64,000 nucleotides of DNA from the NCBI GenBank assembly GCA_964016885.1, contig OZ024745.1:68572001-68636000 (forward strand), written 5' to 3'. Source of the stretch: Eledone cirrhosa (taxonomy: Eukaryota). The notes below the pieces were generated by a model, which made no database searches, was not told the DNA's origin, and worked only from the letters and a program-made list of their open reading frames with translations. The position numbers were made by a program, and so were the translations under genes. Positions 11,601-24,892 of this stretch are shown one piece after another; within the stretch, counting starts at the first letter, position 1; each line of letters begins with the position of its first letter.

Positions 11601-14600
11601 GTTCCTGTGTCAGTGTTGAACAAAAAGGTGACGTGGTTGCCTTAACACCGTATGGCATAAATTCAGGCTGTTCAGTTTGTTTACAAACGAACAAAGCGAC
11701 GTTATAATAAGCGCCGCTAAACTGATACGTGCATATATGTATGTGTACCTGTATGCATATGTATGTATATATGTATATATATATATATATGTGCATGCTA
11801 CTGTACGTCTGTATACATATATGTATGTACGTATACATGCATACTTACATTTAAGTAAGTGCCATACTAAGAGTGAGAAATGAAATTTCGTTTTCATTTT
11901 GTTTCAATTTATCGTTTTCGGTATGCCTGACTGATTTAACTCACTCAACATGCAAATTAGGCTGCTCAGCCTTAATTTTCATAAGGGAAGTATATACTTT
12001 CGAACGTTCAACTATCTGGCAGATGGGTAAACGGTGCTGATGATAGCTAACAAGCTTGAAACTAGTACATCGTTCCTGTGTCAGTGTTGAACAAAAAGGT
12101 GACGTGGTTGCCTTAACACCGTATGGCATAAATTCAGGCTGTTCAGTTTGTTTACAAACGAACAAAGCGACGTTATAATAAGCGCCGCTAAACTGATACG
12201 TGCATATATGTATGTGTACCTGTATGCATATGTATGTATATATGTATATATATATATATATGTGCATGCTACTGTACGTCTGTATACATATATGTATGTA
12301 CGTATACATGCATACTTACATTTAAGTAAGTGCCATACTAAGAGTGAGAAATGAAATTTCGTTTTCATTTTGTTTCAATTTATCGTTTTCGGTATGCCTG
12401 ACTGATTTAACTCACTCAACATGCAAATTAGGCTGCTCAGCCTTAATTTTCATAAGGGAAGTATATACTTTCGAACGTTCAACTATCTGGCAGATGGGTA
12501 AACGGTGCTGATGATAGCTAACAAGCTTGAAACTAGTACATCGTTCCTGTGTCAGTGTTGAACAAAAAGGTGACGTGGTTGCCTTAACACCGTATGGCAT
12601 AAATTCAGGCTGTTCAGTTTGTTTACAAACGAACAAAGCGACGTTATAATAAGCGCCGCTAAACTGATACGTGCATATATGTATGTGTACCTGTATGCAT
12701 ATGTATGTATATATGTATATATATATATATATGTGCATGCTACTGTACGTCTGTATACATATATGTATGTACGTATACATGCATACTTACATTTAAGTAA
12801 GTGCCATACTAAGAGTGAGAAATGAAATTTCGTTTTCATTTTGTTTCAATTTATCGTTTTCGGTATGCCTGACTGATTTAACTCACTCAACATGCAAATT
12901 AGGCTGCTCAGCCTTAATTTTCATAAGGGAAGTATATACTTTCGAACGTTCAACTATCTGGCAGATGGGTAAACGGTGCTGATGATAGCTAACAAGCTTG
13001 AAACTAGTACATCGTTCCTGTGTCAGTGTTGAACAAAAAGGTGACGTGGTTGCCTTAACACCGTATGGCATAAATTCAGGCTGTTCAGTTTGTTTACAAA
13101 CGAACAAAGCGACGTTATAATAAGCGCCGCTAAACTGATACGTGCATATATGTATGTGTACCTGTATGCATATGTATGTATATATGTATATATATATATA
13201 TATGTGCATGCTACTGTACGTCTGTATACATATATGTATGTACGTATACATGCATACTTACATTTAAGTAAGTGCCATACTAAGAGTGAGAAATGAAATT
13301 TCGTTTTCATTTTGTTTCAATTTATCGTTTTCGGTATGCCTGACTGATTTAACTCACTCAACATGCAAATTAGGCTGCTCAGCCTTAATTTTCATAAGGG
13401 AAGTATATACTTTCGAACGTTCAACTATCTGGCAGATGGGTAAACGGTGCTGATGATAGCTAACAAGCTTGAAACTAGTACATCGTTCCTGTGTCAGTGT
13501 TGAACAAAAAGGTGACGTGGTTGCCTTAACACCGTATGGCATAAATTCAGGCTGTTCAGTTTGTTTACAAACGAACAAAGCGACGTTATAATAAGCGCCG
13601 CTAAACTGATACGTGCATATATGTATGTGTACCTGTATGCATATGTATGTATATATGTATATATATATATATATGTGCATGCTACTGTACGTCTGTATAC
13701 ATATATGTATGTACGTATACATGCATACTTACATTTAAGTAAGTGCCATACTAAGAGTGAGAAATGAAATTTCGTTTTCATTTTGTTTCAATTTATCGTT
13801 TTCGGTATGCCTGACTGATTTAACTCACTCAACATGCAAATTAGGCTGCTCAGCCTTAATTTTCATAAGGGAAGTATATACTTTCGAACGTTCAACTATC
13901 TGGCAGATGGGTAAACGGTGCTGATGATAGCTAACAAGCTTGAAACTAGTACATCGTTCCTGTGTCAGTGTTGAACAAAAAGGTGACGTGGTTGCCTTAA
14001 CACCGTATGGCATAAATTCAGGCTGTTCAGTTTGTTTACAAACGAACAAAGCGACGTTATAATAAGCGCCGCTAAACTGATACGTGCATATATGTATGTG
14101 TACCTGTATGCATATGTATGTATATATGTATATATATATATATATGTGCATGCTACTGTACGTCTGTATACATATATGTATGTACGTATACATGCATACT
14201 TACATTTAAGTAAGTGCCATACTAAGAGTGAGAAATGAAATTTCGTTTTCATTTTGTTTCAATTTATCGTTTTCGGTATGCCTGACTGATTTAACTCACT
14301 CAACATGCAAATTAGGCTGCTCAGCCTTAATTTTCATAAGGGAAGTATATACTTTCGAACGTTCAACTATCTGGCAGATGGGTAAACGGTGCTGATGATA
14401 GCTAACAAGCTTGAAACTAGTACATCGTTCCTGTGTCAGTGTTGAACAAAAAGGTGACGTGGTTGCCTTAACACCGTATGGCATAAATTCAGGCTGTTCA
14501 GTTTGTTTACAAACGAACAAAGCGACGTTATAATAAGCGCCGCTAAACTGATACGTGCATATATGTATGTGTACCTGTATGCATATGTATGTATATATGT

Positions 14601-14735
14601 ATATATATATATATATGTGCATGCTACTGTACGTCTGTATACATATATGTATGTACGTATACATGCATACTTACATTTAAGTAAGTGCCATACTAAGAGT
14701 GAGAAATGAAATTTCGTTTTCATTTTGTTTCAATT

Positions 14736-14738
<3 letters not shown>
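8664..14738 (+). mobile_element. 471-bp tandem array (12.9 copies), each unit with a hammerhead ribozyme: candidate non-LTR retrozyme or PLE pseudo-LTR array
   Basis: Exact 471-bp period (ORF track repeats identically at +471); unit starts GCTGCTCAGCC at 8664 and the last copy ends CAATTTAT at 14738, running into (TA)n. Confidence 0.85.
8733..8777 (+). ncRNA. Minimal type I hammerhead ribozyme (copy 1 of 13; others start at 9204, 9675, 10146, 10617, 11088, 11559, 12030, 12501, 12972, 13443, 13914, 14385)
   Basis: AACGGUG-CUGAUGA-U AGCU AACA AGCU U-GAAA-CUAG-UA-CAUCGUU: 7-bp stem I (one G.U), 4-bp stem II, palindromic ACUAGU stem III; predicted cleavage after GUA at 8770. Confidence 0.85.

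Positions 14739-14830
<92 letters not shown>
14739..14830. repeat. (TA)n microsatellite between the array and the PLE 3' end
   Basis: Directly visible. Confidence 0.95.
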
Positions 14831-14831
<1 letters not shown>

Positions 14832-16547
14832 GAAAAGATGAATATAAAATGAAAGTGCTTTTATAAAGGAATTTATTAGGTATTGACATATGTTTCTGTA
14901 ACAGACGGAATACCTATGTATCGCTGCTTGCGTAATCATATAATGTTAGCAAGTATTCGATAGCAAATGTATAATCAGTTGTCACTTCTTCAGAGATATT
15001 GTATAAATTGGAAAAAATCAGAAAAATTGAAGTATTTATATTAGTTGTAAGAAAGGAAGAAGAGAGGGGATAGTATATGACAGATGGCAATTCAATTTAC
15101 TGGTAAACAAGTATATAAAAGGTTTCTAATGAGAATACAATGAGTATATGGTTTATTTTATCTAAATAAGAATTTTTGGGAGTGCCTATTTTAATCTATA
15201 CTTGACCAATTGAACAATGGACAGGGCTGGTCGTTTGGTGTAGTAGTATTAATAGATATAAAGTATCAATTAAGGAAGAGGGAGATTTTCACTGCTACTG
15301 CATAACAACAATGCTGGTAGCCTGCTGGTATATGCATTAGGGAATTGAATTAAGAAATCCATTTTATCTATAGCAGTTTATATTAAATGGTAAAGAATAG
15401 AAGAGTTGATAGAATTAAGACTAATAGAGAATGTTAATATGTATTTTGACAATCAAACGGAGATGGAGACAGGCGTTCAATCCTGGTAGTGTTTGTAATA
15501 TGAAAATGTAGATTTCAAGCGATGGTTACAGTATAACGATCGCTCTATTCTGTTATTTAATAAAATATTTTTGGATTTCATAATACAAAATAATTCCATA
15601 TTACACAATTTACAAAATTCTTGTCCGCGGATATGCAGGGGCATTGTTATTATATCCCATTTTAGGTTAAATTGTGGGTTATTTTTGCGCAGCTGCCAAG
15701 CCTTGTCTGCAAGTGTTGTTACATAACGCTGGTTTTCATGTTTTATCGAGTAACGATGTCTATAAAGGCGAGATTTGAAGGAGGTAGATGTAGACCCCAC
15801 ATAGTACCACTTCTGGCTATCCGATTCGATAGTACATTTGTATATGATGTTGCGTTCAAGACACTGATTGTTCAACGGACACATTCCTGGTTGGACACAG
15901 TTACAGTTATAATTTTGCGTTATTGTATTGGCATGGATGGGTTGATGAGGTTGCTTAGGTAGGACGGGATGTTGTTTGTTGTTTTGTGATGTTATAGCCG
16001 ATGTTTTACGTGTATTGTTATGTGTTGGAAGGCATTTATACAACCGTTTTGCGTTAAGCTTTTTTATATGTTGTTCAATACTAGGGGCGGTTGAATATGA
16101 AAGTCGAATAGTGTTAGGGTTTAAGATTTTATTATATTTATGTGATGTTGGAAAGTGTTTTTTAACTAATCGAAAGAATTGTGAGGGTAGATTGGTTTTA
16201 ATAGAGTTATTATAGACCGGGTTGTACCATATATACTCTTTACATCGCCTTCCGTTTGGTGGTGTGCGACTATTAGAGTGTCTATTGCGGTAGTGTATGT
16301 ATGGTGGTGATTCTATGCTATTTCTACCTCTATGAGATTTATTTTGGGTGTTTTGGTGATCGTCGACTATATACTCTATATTATCTAGGTGTCCAGCCAT
16401 ACTAAGTGCATCATCATAATATTCAGCATGTTCTTTGAAGGTTTGCTGGTTGGACGACAGGCGGGAGATTCTAAGGGAAATATTTCTAGGGATGGATTTA
16501 ATTATAGAGGGTGGATGGTTAGAACCCGTATTTACATATTTAAGGTT

Positions 16548-16550
<3 letters not shown>
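14831..16550 (-). mobile_element. 5'-truncated Penelope-like retroelement (RT thumb, linker, GIY-YIG endonuclease, 3' region)
   Basis: Open frame bounded by (TA)n on both sides; see the ORF motifs at 15477-16550. Confidence 0.85.
15477..16550 (-). pseudogene. C-terminal part of a PLE polyprotein (RT thumb plus GIY-YIG endonuclease)
   Basis: [17 protein letters not shown] (PLE RT thumb), IWYNPVY..KHFP..RLSYS linker, CNC..CPL..C, NIIYKC..YYVGST..FKSRLYRH (GIY-YIG), CKLCNME..LLN. The ORF-track N-terminus is microsatellite read-through. Confidence 0.88.
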
Positions 16551-18229
<1,679 letters not shown>

Positions 18230-18231
<2 letters not shown>

Positions 18232-18830
18232 CATTTGAGATACGTACTAGATAGGATAGCATTTCAACATAAGAAAACGAAATCATGGAAGAAATCAAAC
18301 CCAAATACATACAATGTATCGAATGGCGATAACAAAGACGATAACGATACATTGGACAGAATACTTTAACCCCTGCATTAACTTACATGGCATTAAATGA
18401 TCTTAAAAGCAATTTTACAACCAACATACTCAACAAAGAGAGAGGTAGCTAGAGAGTCAGAAAACACATTTGAGATTTGATAGACCCAAAGAATAAATTA
18501 TACAACGAATTTAACAGAATGAAAATATATATCAATACGTTTAACAAAGTCTCGGATAAATCTAGCTACAGATTTATATCCTTCGATACTACCCATCTAA
18601 TTCTAACGGTATTTTAAAAGCAGCATAATTTGGAAAAACATGAACTGCCACAACCAAGGCTGATATCAGTATTACAATGAAGGTAATTCCGTCGGGTTTA
18701 AGAAATAAGGAAATCAACTGCTCGATGTATCCATGGGTAGCTACAACAGAGAAAACATTTATGATATTCTTGGATTATGTTCTACATACACTAGTCACTT
18801 AACACCAATGAAACGCTTAATGCATCCACA
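18230..18830 (+). pseudogene. Degenerate PLE reverse-transcriptase fragment
   Basis: YRFISFD (about 18567) and DVSMGSYNRENIYDILGL (18724) resemble PLE RT motifs F..FDI and DVTMGSYDGAEICELVGL; stops and frameshifts present. Confidence 0.6.
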
Positions 18831-19377
18831 ATACTCATAGAAGAGAGTGAGAGGTGAAGAGAGAAGGAGCGCGAGAGAGAAACGACTCAATATTTGGCTG
18901 GAATTTTATTGACCCCGAAATGCGCCGCCTACTATTATTCCCATTCCTTAGCCAATAACACATCCTTCGCGTGTAAAAATAAAATAGTATTCCTCTCGCA
19001 GTTACTGTCTTATGAAAATCTAAACTGAAATCCATTTATTCTCTGTTAACATCTGTCATCATATACATTACCAGAATTATTTGAGCAGCAATGGAATTCT
19101 CCTGTGGATCAATCAACAGATATACAGCATTTCAAGACTATTGTTTAGAACACAATGTTGCAATGGACGAATGATCAGAGGTATAACGTTACAGTTTGAA
19201 GAATATCACGAGGTTTGGAGATATAAAAGAGAATGACTTAGGAGACAGAAAGCTCTAAATCATCTGATAACATCTAACTTGATATATACAGTTAATTCTC
19301 ATCCATTACAGATTCTTTCTTCTCAGTTTTTAATTGTTTCTATAAAATTGTTTTTTCAATGAATCAGTTTAATTCTC

Positions 19378-19929
19378 TATGGTCATGAATCTTGAGTAAT
19401 GACCGAAAGAATATAATCGCGAATACGATCACGAATACAAGCGACCGAATACAAGAGGTTCCTCCGAAGGGTCTTTGGAGTAACGTTACGTGATAGAGTG
19501 CGTAGCTCTGAGATCAGAGACTCCAGCCAGATAGAGACGCTACCTCTCTGAATTGAAAGATCACACTTCGACACTATAGGCATGTGGTTAGAACATCTCA
19601 GGAAAGAATTGCTGGACAGATTTTACGGGCACAACCAGCTCTCAGGAGACTCCGAGGTAGACCTGGAGCAAGATGGTTAAATAACATCCATGAGCTTGGC
19701 TGGTCTTGCTTGGGGATCCAGCCGGATCAGTTGGAGACGGTTGCTTCTGACAGGAGTCGCTGGAAGGAGTGTTTGATGACTCTGCCTTTACGGCCCTCTC
19801 AGAAATAAGTGGGCGAAGAAGAAGAAGAAGAAGAAGAAGAAGAAGAAGAAGAAGAAGAAGAAGAAGAAGAAGAAGAAGAAGAAGAAGAAGAAGACGGAGA
19901 AGAAGAAGAAGAAGAAGAAGAAGAAGAAG

Positions 19930-19957
<28 letters not shown>
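19378..19957 (+). mobile_element. 5'-truncated RTE-clade LINE with (GAA)n tail
   Basis: YGHES*VMTE..RFLRRVFGVTLRDRVRS..GHVVR..RGRP..RW..ASDRSRWK motifs; (GAA)n from 19815; TSD AGTTTAATTCTC at 19366-19377 and 19958-19969. Confidence 0.9.
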
Positions 19958-19960
<3 letters not shown>

Positions 19961-20570
19961 TTAATTCTCAACGTTAGATAAGAGCAAAAAAAAAACAAAA
20001 AAAAACATTACTTTTCAGATAGTAATGAAAATATGTTATTTTCTGTATACTATGTCTGTCTATCCTTTGTTTTGTTGTAGTTCCTTTAGTTATAGTTTTC
20101 TACAGAATCACATTGTTAAACTGGTGACCAACGCTTAATCTTGAGATCAACTGGCGAAGGTCAATTTTGGCAGATATCTGAAAGACATACGAATTGACAG
20201 TGGGTCGTTAAAAATGGGAGCAGTGTAGTGCAAATTAATCTGATTTGATATTTGTCTCAATTCTATTGTAAAGACGGTATACACTCAATTTATGTACGGT
20301 TAATACAAATGAAATTACTCTAATAATTTTTCATACTATATACAGCGATATTTCAATCTATTTTTCTCTTTTCTCTTATCTGATTGGATGGCATCTCTAT
20401 AATATTGTCACGTGATCTGTACTGATGAACAACAACTAGATAATGAATAAGAGAAAAGGCTAAAATATCGGGATTAGAAATCAAATCATTATACATCTCC
20501 ACTAAAGTTTGTCCTAACGACGGTCGTTTAATTAAATTGAAGATGAAATTATTCAAATTTCTTTCTCTCC

Positions 20571-20686
<116 letters not shown>

Positions 20687-20707
20687 ATTTATATAGGAAA
20701 ATGTTTA

Positions 20708-20833
20708 ACCCCGACGGCAGAGCTCAAGCCGTTTCGACGGCTATTTCTGGACATATCCACTCTACTAGGCTAAGTATTGAGTACTCTGGTGCGTTATGGT
20801 CCATCTGGTTCCTTACCACACTTCCTTCGTTAT
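20708..20833 (+). mobile_element. Short PLE-like terminal fragment with inverted 5' piece
   Basis: 20758-20833 is the reverse complement of about 24721-24797, while 20709-20741 matches 24817-24849 in direct orientation; flanked by (TA)n. Confidence 0.55.
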
Positions 20834-21186
20834 ATATATATATATATCAATAGGAGGGGGCTATGAAAATGTATATATATATATATATTTGTATGTTTTT
20901 GTGTGAGTCTGTATGTATGTATGTATGTATGCATGTATATACGTGTATACTTATATATATATGTGTGTGTGTAGTACCTAACTGTGGCAACTCCATCACT
21001 CCACAACCTCCAGATTTATCTATGTTAAACCAACAACTGTCTCAGAACACTACACTCAACACTTTTTTATACTTAGTCAGACCTAAAACCATGACTCGAG
21101 TTGATTTATTTCCGCCCGAAAAATTAAGGGTAACCCCCCCCCCCCCCAAAAAAAAACCCGTTGACATAAATTTATTTCATTTTTCA

Positions 21187-21593
21187 TAATAATGATTTCC
21201 ACGATAGGCACAAGGCTAGCAATTTAGGGAGAGAAGAGAGGGGAAAGTTGATTAAATCGACCTCAGTACATTATTGGTTCTTTATTTTATCTACCCCGTA
21301 ATCTATGAAAGGCAAAGCTAACCTCGGTGAGATTTGAACTCTGAACGTAAAGGGCCATAACTCTATGCTGCAAAGCATGGTGTCTGACGCGCTACCGATA
21401 CTCCCAATCCACTTTTCATAATAATGGTTTCTTATATAGGCACAAGGCCAGCAATTTGGGTGGAGGGGCAAGTCGATTAAATCGACCCCAGTGCGTGACT
21501 GGTACTTTGTTTTATCGACCCCCGTAAGGATGAAAGGCAAAGTTAACCTCGGCAGGATTTGAACTCGGATCATAAAGGGCCGTAACTCTATGC
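21187..21593 (-). mobile_element. Two adjacent family-A SINE copies (about 21187-21411 and 21421-21593)
   Basis: Both contain GGCACAAGGC..ATCGACC..GATGAAAGGCAAAG..AACCTCGG..GATTTGAACTC (reverse-complement B box). Confidence 0.85.
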
Positions 21594-21597
21594 TCCA

Positions 21598-21631
<34 letters not shown>

Positions 21632-21835
21632 CATACATACATACATACATACATACATACATACATACACAGGTAGTTAGTTAGATAGGGGAGATAATGT
21701 CTATTTGTGTATTTAGGTTAAACGACAAATGACTTTCACCAAACTACTATCATTTCATTTTCAACGGAATTTGATCAATTCTATTCTGAAGAAAACAAGA
21801 TTACGTTTAGTAAGAGAAATTGTCTTTTCAGTACG

Positions 21836-21869
<34 letters not shown>

Positions 21870-22961
21870 CACATATATATAACGCATTATATAATATATA
21901 ATATATAAATATATATATATATACAAACACACACATATCTATATTATATTATATTATATATTATATAGCGCCTTATAATGACAAGGGTAGTTGTGATATC
22001 TTCTTATATTACATTACTTTTATCGGCTGTTTAAGCTATTCTAATGAAAATGTATCTCGTATCTCTACGATTGTATTTTTTTTTTCTTAGTCTTTATCAC
22101 ACAATTCGTAAAACTGTGATTTGGATGATACCAACCAAAAAGAAGTTAACGTAAACGAAAGAAAATAAATACAGTAGCTGAATATATTGCATATTTAATG
22201 ACTTAAAACTAACGTAGGCCAATGATGTATGAATACTTCTCTAAATTAGAAGTAGAAATAAATTAGAAGTAAACACTGGAACTATATAGTGGTATATTTG
22301 TTACCCAATATCGCTTTGTTTGCATAGAACATCTATCTGTTATGGATTGGAAGAATCGTGGGTTCGATGTATTTTATTGCTGTTGCAGTCCGATAACATT
22401 AGGCTACTTACGCCGAGATACCGTAAACCAATGCTGACGATGTGTAATAACTCTGAAATACATGTACACATGGCTCTTATACCGATACCGAGTTAGCTGT
22501 AATAAACTCCTAGCGCGAGTAAATGGATGTTTATTGTACAGTAACTTATTACATATGGGTCTGTATATGTATTTATTCTATTTTTGATATAATTGTTGTT
22601 GCTACTGTTGTGGTTGTTCTGGTTTCGACCTAGCTCAAACAGTACTATAAATATATACCGTACAATCACAGTCATCTCATCGTTTTACACATTTATCACT
22701 ACAACTTACATTTTTCCTTCGCTTTAAACCACCTGATATCGCCCCTTTTCCTACAAAACAAAATTGTTTTAAAATGTTTATATACATATCTAAAAACTCT
22801 GTCATCATAATTTTAAATTTGATCTAAGAAGCATTTCAGTTATGTTCTAAACTCCTGATGAATATATTTTTAAATTAGCTCTATGACAAAATTCTCCAAA
22901 TTCATGACTATTTTCAAAATTATTTGAAACACTTGGATGGATCATTTCATTAGAAATATAT

Positions 22962-23097
22962 AATTGTTTCTACTTTTTGGCACAATGCCAGCAATTACCC
23001 AGTGCATTACTGGTACTTTATTTATCGACCCCGTAAGGATGAAAGGCAAAATTAACCTCGGCGGGATTTGAACTCAGAATGGCAAGGGCCGTAACTT
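22962..23097 (-). mobile_element. Family-A SINE (partial)
   Basis: ATCGACCCCGTAAGGATGAAAGGCAAAATTAACCTCGGCGGGATTTGAACTC. Confidence 0.85.
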
Positions 23098-23398
23098 GCC
23101 ATTCTAGAAATATATAATGAAGAGTTGAAACAACCGGGTATGATTCAGAAGCTGGTTACTATTTCTAGTAGAGCGAGCAACCAGGTAAGAGCACCGTAAT
23201 TCATTCAGGAAACTGCTTGTTTATACAAAATGATATTTTAGATAAAATTGAGCAAAATTTTGAGAAACCCCAAAATAATTTCGCTTTAAACAGATTATCT
23301 CAATTTCCGCTCAATTGAATTAATGTAGATATACAGGGTGTGTGTGTATGTGGGGGGGGGGGGGGGGACAGTATGTGTGTATGTATGTATATATATAT

Positions 23399-24704
23399 AT
23401 ATGAAAAAAGTTTGTCCTTCATCAGTGATCTTCCAACTATCATAGGCATTTCATCGCTTTAAAGACCATATACCTCCGGTTGGTGCGAGCAACGGCTAAA
23501 AAAAGTCGTTGGGACACGTAAATAAAGGGGACACGAGGGTAAACAAACAAAATGGTGAAGCAACAGAAAGTGAGGAAGAAGGAGACAAGTCCCAGATTTC
23601 TATGAATTTAAGTTCGGTGAAATCGTGAACGAGAGAATAAAGACCATCAAACCTGGTTGAAATGTGAGCAAGGAAGGAATTTCGCACAGGTCTAATGGGA
23701 GGAAGAAGGGGTCTGGTATGCGAATTCGGTAAACATAAGTTCTGTGAAATCGTAGACGAGAGAGAAAAAATTCCGACCAGCTTGGCCGAGAATGTGAGAG
23801 AAGAGAGTTACTCACAGGTCAAACGGGAAGAAAGAGGAGGAGGAGAGGTAGTGACAGAGAATGAGTGAGTGAAGGGTGAGGAAGAGGCTAACAGAGAAAG
23901 AGACTGCTAGAAAGGGTAAAGATACATAGAACGAAAAAGATGGTGTAGCAGCAGAGGAAAAAATATGTGTAAATATGATAATAAGGGCGCTGCGGAGTTG
24001 CAAATGATAGTTGGAAGATCACTGATGAAGGACAAACTTTTTTCATATGTAACCCATTTGCAACTCCTCAGCGCCCTTATTATCATATTTACACATATTT
24101 TTTCCTCTGCTGCTACACCGTCTTTTTCGTTCTATGTATCTTTACCCTTTCTAGCACTCTCTCTCTCTCTGTTAGCCTCTTCCTCACCCTTCACTCACTC
24201 ATTCTCTGTCACTACCTCTCCTCCTCCTCTTTCTTCCCGTTTGACCTGTGAGTAATTCTTTTCTCTCACATTCTCGGCCAAGCTGGTCGGAATTTTTTCT
24301 CTCTCGTCTACGATTTCACAGAACTTATGTTTACCGAATTCGCAGACCAGACCCCTTCTTCCTCCCGTTAGACCTGTGCGAAATTCCTTCCTTGCTCACA
24401 TTTCAACCAGGTTTGATGGTCTTTATTCTCTCGTTCACGATTTCACCGAACTTAAATTCATAGAAATCTGGGACTTGTCTCCTTCTTCCTCACTTTCTGT
24501 TGCTTCACCATTTTGTTTGTTTACCCTCGTGTCCCCTTTATTTACGTGTCCCAACGACTTTTTTTAGCCGTTGCTCGCACCAACCGGAGGTATATGGTCT
24601 TTAAAGCTATGAAATGCCTATGATAGTTGGAAGATCACTGATGAAGGACAAACTTTTTTCATATGTAACCCATTTGCAACTCCGCAGCGCCCTTATTATC
24701 ATAT
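23399..24704. repeat. About 610-bp near-perfect inverted repeat with partial tandem 616-bp unit
   Basis: Arms 23399-24006 and 24055-24664 (mirror ORFs in the track); 24004-24088 repeated directly at 24620-24704. Confidence 0.92.
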
Positions 24705-24720
24705 ATATATATATATATAT

Positions 24721-24892
24721 ATAACGGAGGAAATGTGGTAAGGAACCAGGTGGACCATAACGCACCAAAGTACTCAATACTTAGGGTAGTAGAGTGGGTA
24801 ATAGGAACGAGTAGGACCCCGACGGCTGAGCTCAAGCCGTTTCGACGGCTCGAAACGGCTTGAACTTAGCCGTCGGGGTCCTACTCGTTCCT
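24721..24892 (-). mobile_element. PLE-like terminal fragment ending in a 43-bp-arm hairpin with a half hammerhead
   Basis: Arms 24803-24845 and 24850-24892; GAAA-CGGC..GCCG-UC motif on both strands. Confidence 0.6.

Noticed and set aside
8635-14723. Repeated 68/95/122-aa ORFs in the 471-bp array
   Set aside because: They run through microsatellite-like sequence, have no recognisable domain, and repeat only because the DNA repeats
19642-19998. Poly-Arg and poly-Leu ORFs
   Set aside because: Frames through the (GAA)n LINE tail
23496-24567. Paired mirror-image ORFs
   Set aside because: Consequence of the inverted repeat; low-complexity S/F/L composition and no domain
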